A DNA stretch of 18,689 nt from Myxococcota bacterium (GTDB taxonomy: Bacteria > Myxococcota > JACRCW01), in the NCBI GenBank assembly GCA_040752415.1, contig JBFMGU010000206.1, forward strand, positions 1-18,689. The letters run 5' to 3'. How positions within the stretch are numbered: the first letter of the stretch is position 1; every line of letters starts with the position of its first letter. The position numbers were made by a program, and so were the translations under genes. This document shows, in pieces, positions 15,833-18,689 of this stretch. Below the pieces are notes generated by a model. It had not been told where the DNA came from and did not search any database. It was given only the letters and a program-made list of their open reading frames with translations.

Positions 15833-17494
15833 ATGGCATCCTTCATTTCCACGCTCAAGGAGCTCATCCATCCCCGGGCCACGGACCTGGTGATTCCCGC
15901 GTTGCTCGTGGTCAGCGCTGGCACCGCGTTGCATCCGCGCGTGCAACGCCTTCCCTCCGTCGTCCCGTGGGTGCGGCGCCTCGCCACTCTCGGCACGAAA
16001 CCCTGGCTGCCGGGGATCTTCGCGCTGCTCGCCGCCACGGGAAGCGCGCTGGTGGCCCTGCTGGTCCAGTGGCCCCATCCCTTCGTCCACGACGAGTTCA
16101 GCTACCTGCTCGCCGCCGACACCTTCGCCTCGGGCCGGCTCACCAACCCCACGCATCCGCTGTGGCCGCACTTCGAGGCGTTCCACGTCATCCACCAGCC
16201 CACGTACATGAGCAAATACCCGCCCGGTCAGGGTCTGCTCCTCGCGCTGGGGCAGGTGGTGGGCGGGGATCCCGTCGTGGGCGTGTGGCTCGGCGTGGCG
16301 CTGATGTGCGCCGCGGTCTGCTGGATGTTGCAGGCCTGGCTCCCCGCCCACTGGGCGCTCCTCGGCGCCACGCTGGTCCTCCTCCGACTGGGCATCTGCA
16401 GCTACTGGGCGCAGAGCTACTGGGGCGGAGCGCTCGCAGCGACGGGTGGCGCCCTGCTCTACGGGGCCCTGCCACGCATGCAGCGTCGGAGGACGGTGGG
16501 GCGTTCCGTCGCCATGGGCCTGGGCGTGGGCATCCTCGCCAATACGCGACCGTACGAAGGCCTGCTGGTCTCGCTCCCCGCTGCCGTGTGGCTGCTGGTG
16601 ATGCTCATCCGGGATGGACGTGGCGCGGTGCGGGCGCTCCTTCCCGCGGCGGTCATTCTCGTCGTCATCGGCGCGGGAATGCTGCACTACAACCGCGTCG
16701 TCACGGGCTCACCCACCACGCTGCCGTACCAGGTCCACGAGGCACAGTACGCCCGCGCCCCGCCGGTGTTGTGGGGCGCGCCCAAGGCCTCCCACCCGAC
16801 GAGGGCGCAGGGTCGCATGGCCAACTTCGACGCCTGGACCATGGAGCTCTATGAGCGTCACCTGACGCTGAGCGGCTTCACCTCCGCGCTCGTCGAGAAG
16901 CTCTTCCAGACCGCCCGCACCTACCTGGACCTCATCCTCACCCTTCCGCTGCTGCTTGTTCCCCTGGCGTGGCGACGTCGACGCACCCGGGCGGCGCTGG
17001 CGGTGATGGCGTGCCTGGGCGCGGGTCTGCTCGTCGTCACGGCGGTGATGCCGCACTACGTGGCGCCGCTCACGGCGGTCCTGTTCTTCCTCGTGGTGCA
17101 GGGGCTGCGGGTGCTGCGACGCCTCCGTTGGCGCGGTCACCCCGTCGGAGCCACGGCGTTGGCGGGCATCCTGGTGCTCAGCGTGGCCACGTTCATCCTG
17201 CGGCTCCCCAAGTCGGAGATGCAGCAATGGGGCAACGTGCGCGCCCGCCTGCTGCAGCGGCTGGACAGCGATCCCGACCGCCATCTCGTCGTGGTGCGGT
17301 ACGGACCGGAACACTCCGCGCACCTGGAATGGGTCTACAACCGCGCGGACATCGACCACGCCAAGATCGTCTTCGCCCGTGAGCTCGACGAGGAGAGCAA
17401 CCGCCGGCTGGTGGAGCATTTCCAGGGCCGCCGCATCTGGCTCATGGAGATGCTCAACCACGAGCAGGAGCCGGTGCTCAAACCGTACCCGTGA
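15833..17494 (+). CDS. GT-C-like (ArnT/PMT-like) integral membrane protein (~553 aa)
   Basis: Begins MASFISTLKEL. HDEFSYLLAADTFASGRLTNP, YMSKYPPGQG, NTRPYEG, YNRVVTGSP..LPY, PHYVAP, and a C-terminal soluble domain (EWVYNRADID). Start codon is not certain. Confidence 0.8.
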   Translation: MASFISTLKELIHPRATDLVIPALLVVSAGTALHPRVQRLPSVVPWVRRLATLGTKPWLPGIFALLAATGSALVALLVQWPHPFVHDEFSYLLAADTFASGRLTNPTHPLWPHFEAFHVIHQPTYMSKYPPGQGLLLALGQVVGGDPVVGVWLGVALMCAAVCWMLQAWLPAHWALLGATLVLLRLGICSYWAQSYWGGALAATGGALLYGALPRMQRRRTVGRSVAMGLGVGILANTRPYEGLLVSLPAAVWLLVMLIRDGRGAVRALLPAAVILVVIGAGMLHYNRVVTGSPTTLPYQVHEAQYARAPPVLWGAPKASHPTRAQGRMANFDAWTMELYERHLTLSGFTSALVEKLFQTARTYLDLILTLPLLLVPLAWRRRRTRAALAVMACLGAGLLVVTAVMPHYVAPLTAVLFFLVVQGLRVLRRLRWRGHPVGATALAGILVLSVATFILRLPKSEMQQWGNVRARLLQRLDSDPDRHLVVVRYGPEHSAHLEWVYNRADIDHAKIVFARELDEESNRRLVEHFQGRRIWLMEMLNHEQEPVLKPYP

Positions 17495-17549
17495 GCTTGA
17501 CAAACGCCGCGCCATCCCTGAGCAACGCGCCGACGGAGAATCCCGCAAC

Positions 17550-18392
17550 ATGCAGCGCAACGGCCACGGCGAAAGGCCCCTGTTCAGCATCATCACCGCG
17601 TGCCTCAACGCGGAAGCCACCATCGGTCGCACGCTGGAGTCGGTGCGCGCGCAGGACTGCCGCGACTTCGAGATGATCGTCGTCGACGGTGGCTCCACCG
17701 ACGGGACCCTGCGCCTGGTGGAGGGCTACCGCGACGTGGTGACCCAGGTTCAGAGCGGCAAGGACAAGGGCATCAGCGACGCGTTCAACAAGGGCCTGCT
17801 GCTGGCCACCGGTCAATACGTGGCCATGATCAACGCCGACGACTGGTACGAGCCCAACGCGCTCTCGACGGTGGCCCGCGCCATCCACGACGATCCCGCC
17901 GACGTCTACTGCGGCAGGCTCCGCTACTGGGACGGCGAGCACGAGGGCGCCACGTTCGACGCCGAGCCGCGGCACCTGGCGCGCTTCATGAGCATCAACC
18001 ACATGGCCACGTTCGCGCGTCGCATGCTGTTCGTGGAGCACGGGGGCTTCCGGCACGACCTGAAGGCCGCCATGGACTACGAGCTGTTCCTGCGCTTCTT
18101 CATGCGCGGCGCGACCTTCCGACGGGTGGACGCGGTGCTGGCCAACATGCGCCTGGGCGGATACTCGGATCGTCGCTGGCGGCTGGCGCTGAAGGAGGTC
18201 CGCATCTCCCAGCGCGACAACGGCGTGGGCGCCATCCAGGCCTGGGGCCACTGGGGTTTCCAATTGGCCAAGGGCGGCGCCCGTCGGGCCCTGGAGCGCG
18301 TGGGCGGCGACACGCTGGTTCGCCTGTACCGTGAGCGCGTGGCGCTGGTGCCCAAGTCCGCCCCCGGCGGTGGCCCACATCGCCCCACGTGA
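17550..18392 (+). CDS. Glycosyltransferase family 2 (WcaE/WfgS-like)
   Basis: PLFSIITACLN, IVVDGGSTDGT, DKGISDAFNKG, INADDWY (DxD-type), AAMDYEL. Start taken at ATG 17550 (GGAGA upstream) rather than the track start at 17379. Confidence 0.93.
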   Translation: MQRNGHGERPLFSIITACLNAEATIGRTLESVRAQDCRDFEMIVVDGGSTDGTLRLVEGYRDVVTQVQSGKDKGISDAFNKGLLLATGQYVAMINADDWYEPNALSTVARAIHDDPADVYCGRLRYWDGEHEGATFDAEPRHLARFMSINHMATFARRMLFVEHGGFRHDLKAAMDYELFLRFFMRGATFRRVDAVLANMRLGGYSDRRWRLALKEVRISQRDNGVGAIQAWGHWGFQLAKGGARRALERVGGDTLVRLYRERVALVPKSAPGGGPHRPT

Positions 18393-18452
18393 TGGGTCCC
18401 GGTGGGCGCGGATGTTGCTGGCCTAAACACGGCTGTGGTACCGCCACTCCTC

Positions 18453-18689
18453 GTGCACACCAGGGTTTCTCCGCCGTCACGCCACCTGCGCCCCGCTGTC
18501 CTGATGCTGGCCCTCCTGGCCGCGTTGTCGACGGGACCGGTGCAGGCGCAGGACTTCTCCGCCCCCCGCATGATTGGCGAGGACGAGGAGCCGTCCCGGC
18601 CGCGTCGTCGTGAGAAGCAGGCCGCGCCCGACGAGGGCACCACCGCGGGCGAAGGCGAGGACGGGGAGGGGCGACGCGGTCGACGGGGA
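18453..18689 (+). CDS. Secreted protein, N-terminal fragment; runs off the window edge
   Basis: Hand translation: MHTRVSPPSRHLRPAVLMLALLAALSTGPVQA|QDFSAPRMIGEDEEP... Clear Sec signal peptide and frame open to the window end. Alternative GTG at 18435. Confidence 0.65.
   Translation, partial: MHTRVSPPSRHLRPAVLMLALLAALSTGPVQAQDFSAPRMIGEDEEPSRPRRREKQAAPDEGTTAGEGEDGEGRRGRRG

Noticed and set aside
14936..16687. Apparent 1.75-kb overlap of the 734-aa (-) and 852-aa (+) ORFs
   Set aside because: Each N-terminal extension is an Arg/His/Gln-rich antisense shadow of the other gene, as expected in high-GC DNA. Protein-like sequence starts at 15820 and 15833.
17497..17530. Perfect TTGACA upstream of the GT2 gene
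   Set aside because: No recognisable -10 hexamer at 16-18 bp spacing.
1..18689. CRISPR array, tRNA/rRNA, transposase, integrase, prophage or defence genes
   Set aside because: No regularly spaced direct repeats, RNA gene signatures or matching protein motifs found by eye.

Overview
GC-rich bacterial window that looks like Myxococcota (a myxobacterial-type ClpC/ClpA N-terminus, Cys-rich DAG/DGG-containing exported proteins and a MYXO-CTERM-like tail). A tightly packed minus-strand run (~9.9 kb to 1.2 kb) encodes an O-antigen ligase/Wzy-like protein, a GT4, a diheme c-type cytochrome lipoprotein, a Cys-rich exported protein, a degenerate metallophosphoesterase, nadD, udk and two related Cys-repeat exported proteins. 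It is followed by a ~630 bp gap holding a 56-bp inverted repeat, then a partial Clp ATPase gene. The right half is a surface-glycan locus (Wzx flippase, two back-to-back GT-C-like membrane proteins, GT2) interrupted by a 980-aa Gly-rich surface protein with a C-terminal anchor. The most notable observations are the long hairpin element, the TsdA/SoxA-like spacing of a candidate His/Cys heme, several enzymes with substituted catalytic motifs, and a possible protein-glycosylation system sitting next to candidate acceptor proteins. All assignments come from reading motifs by eye; no searches were run.
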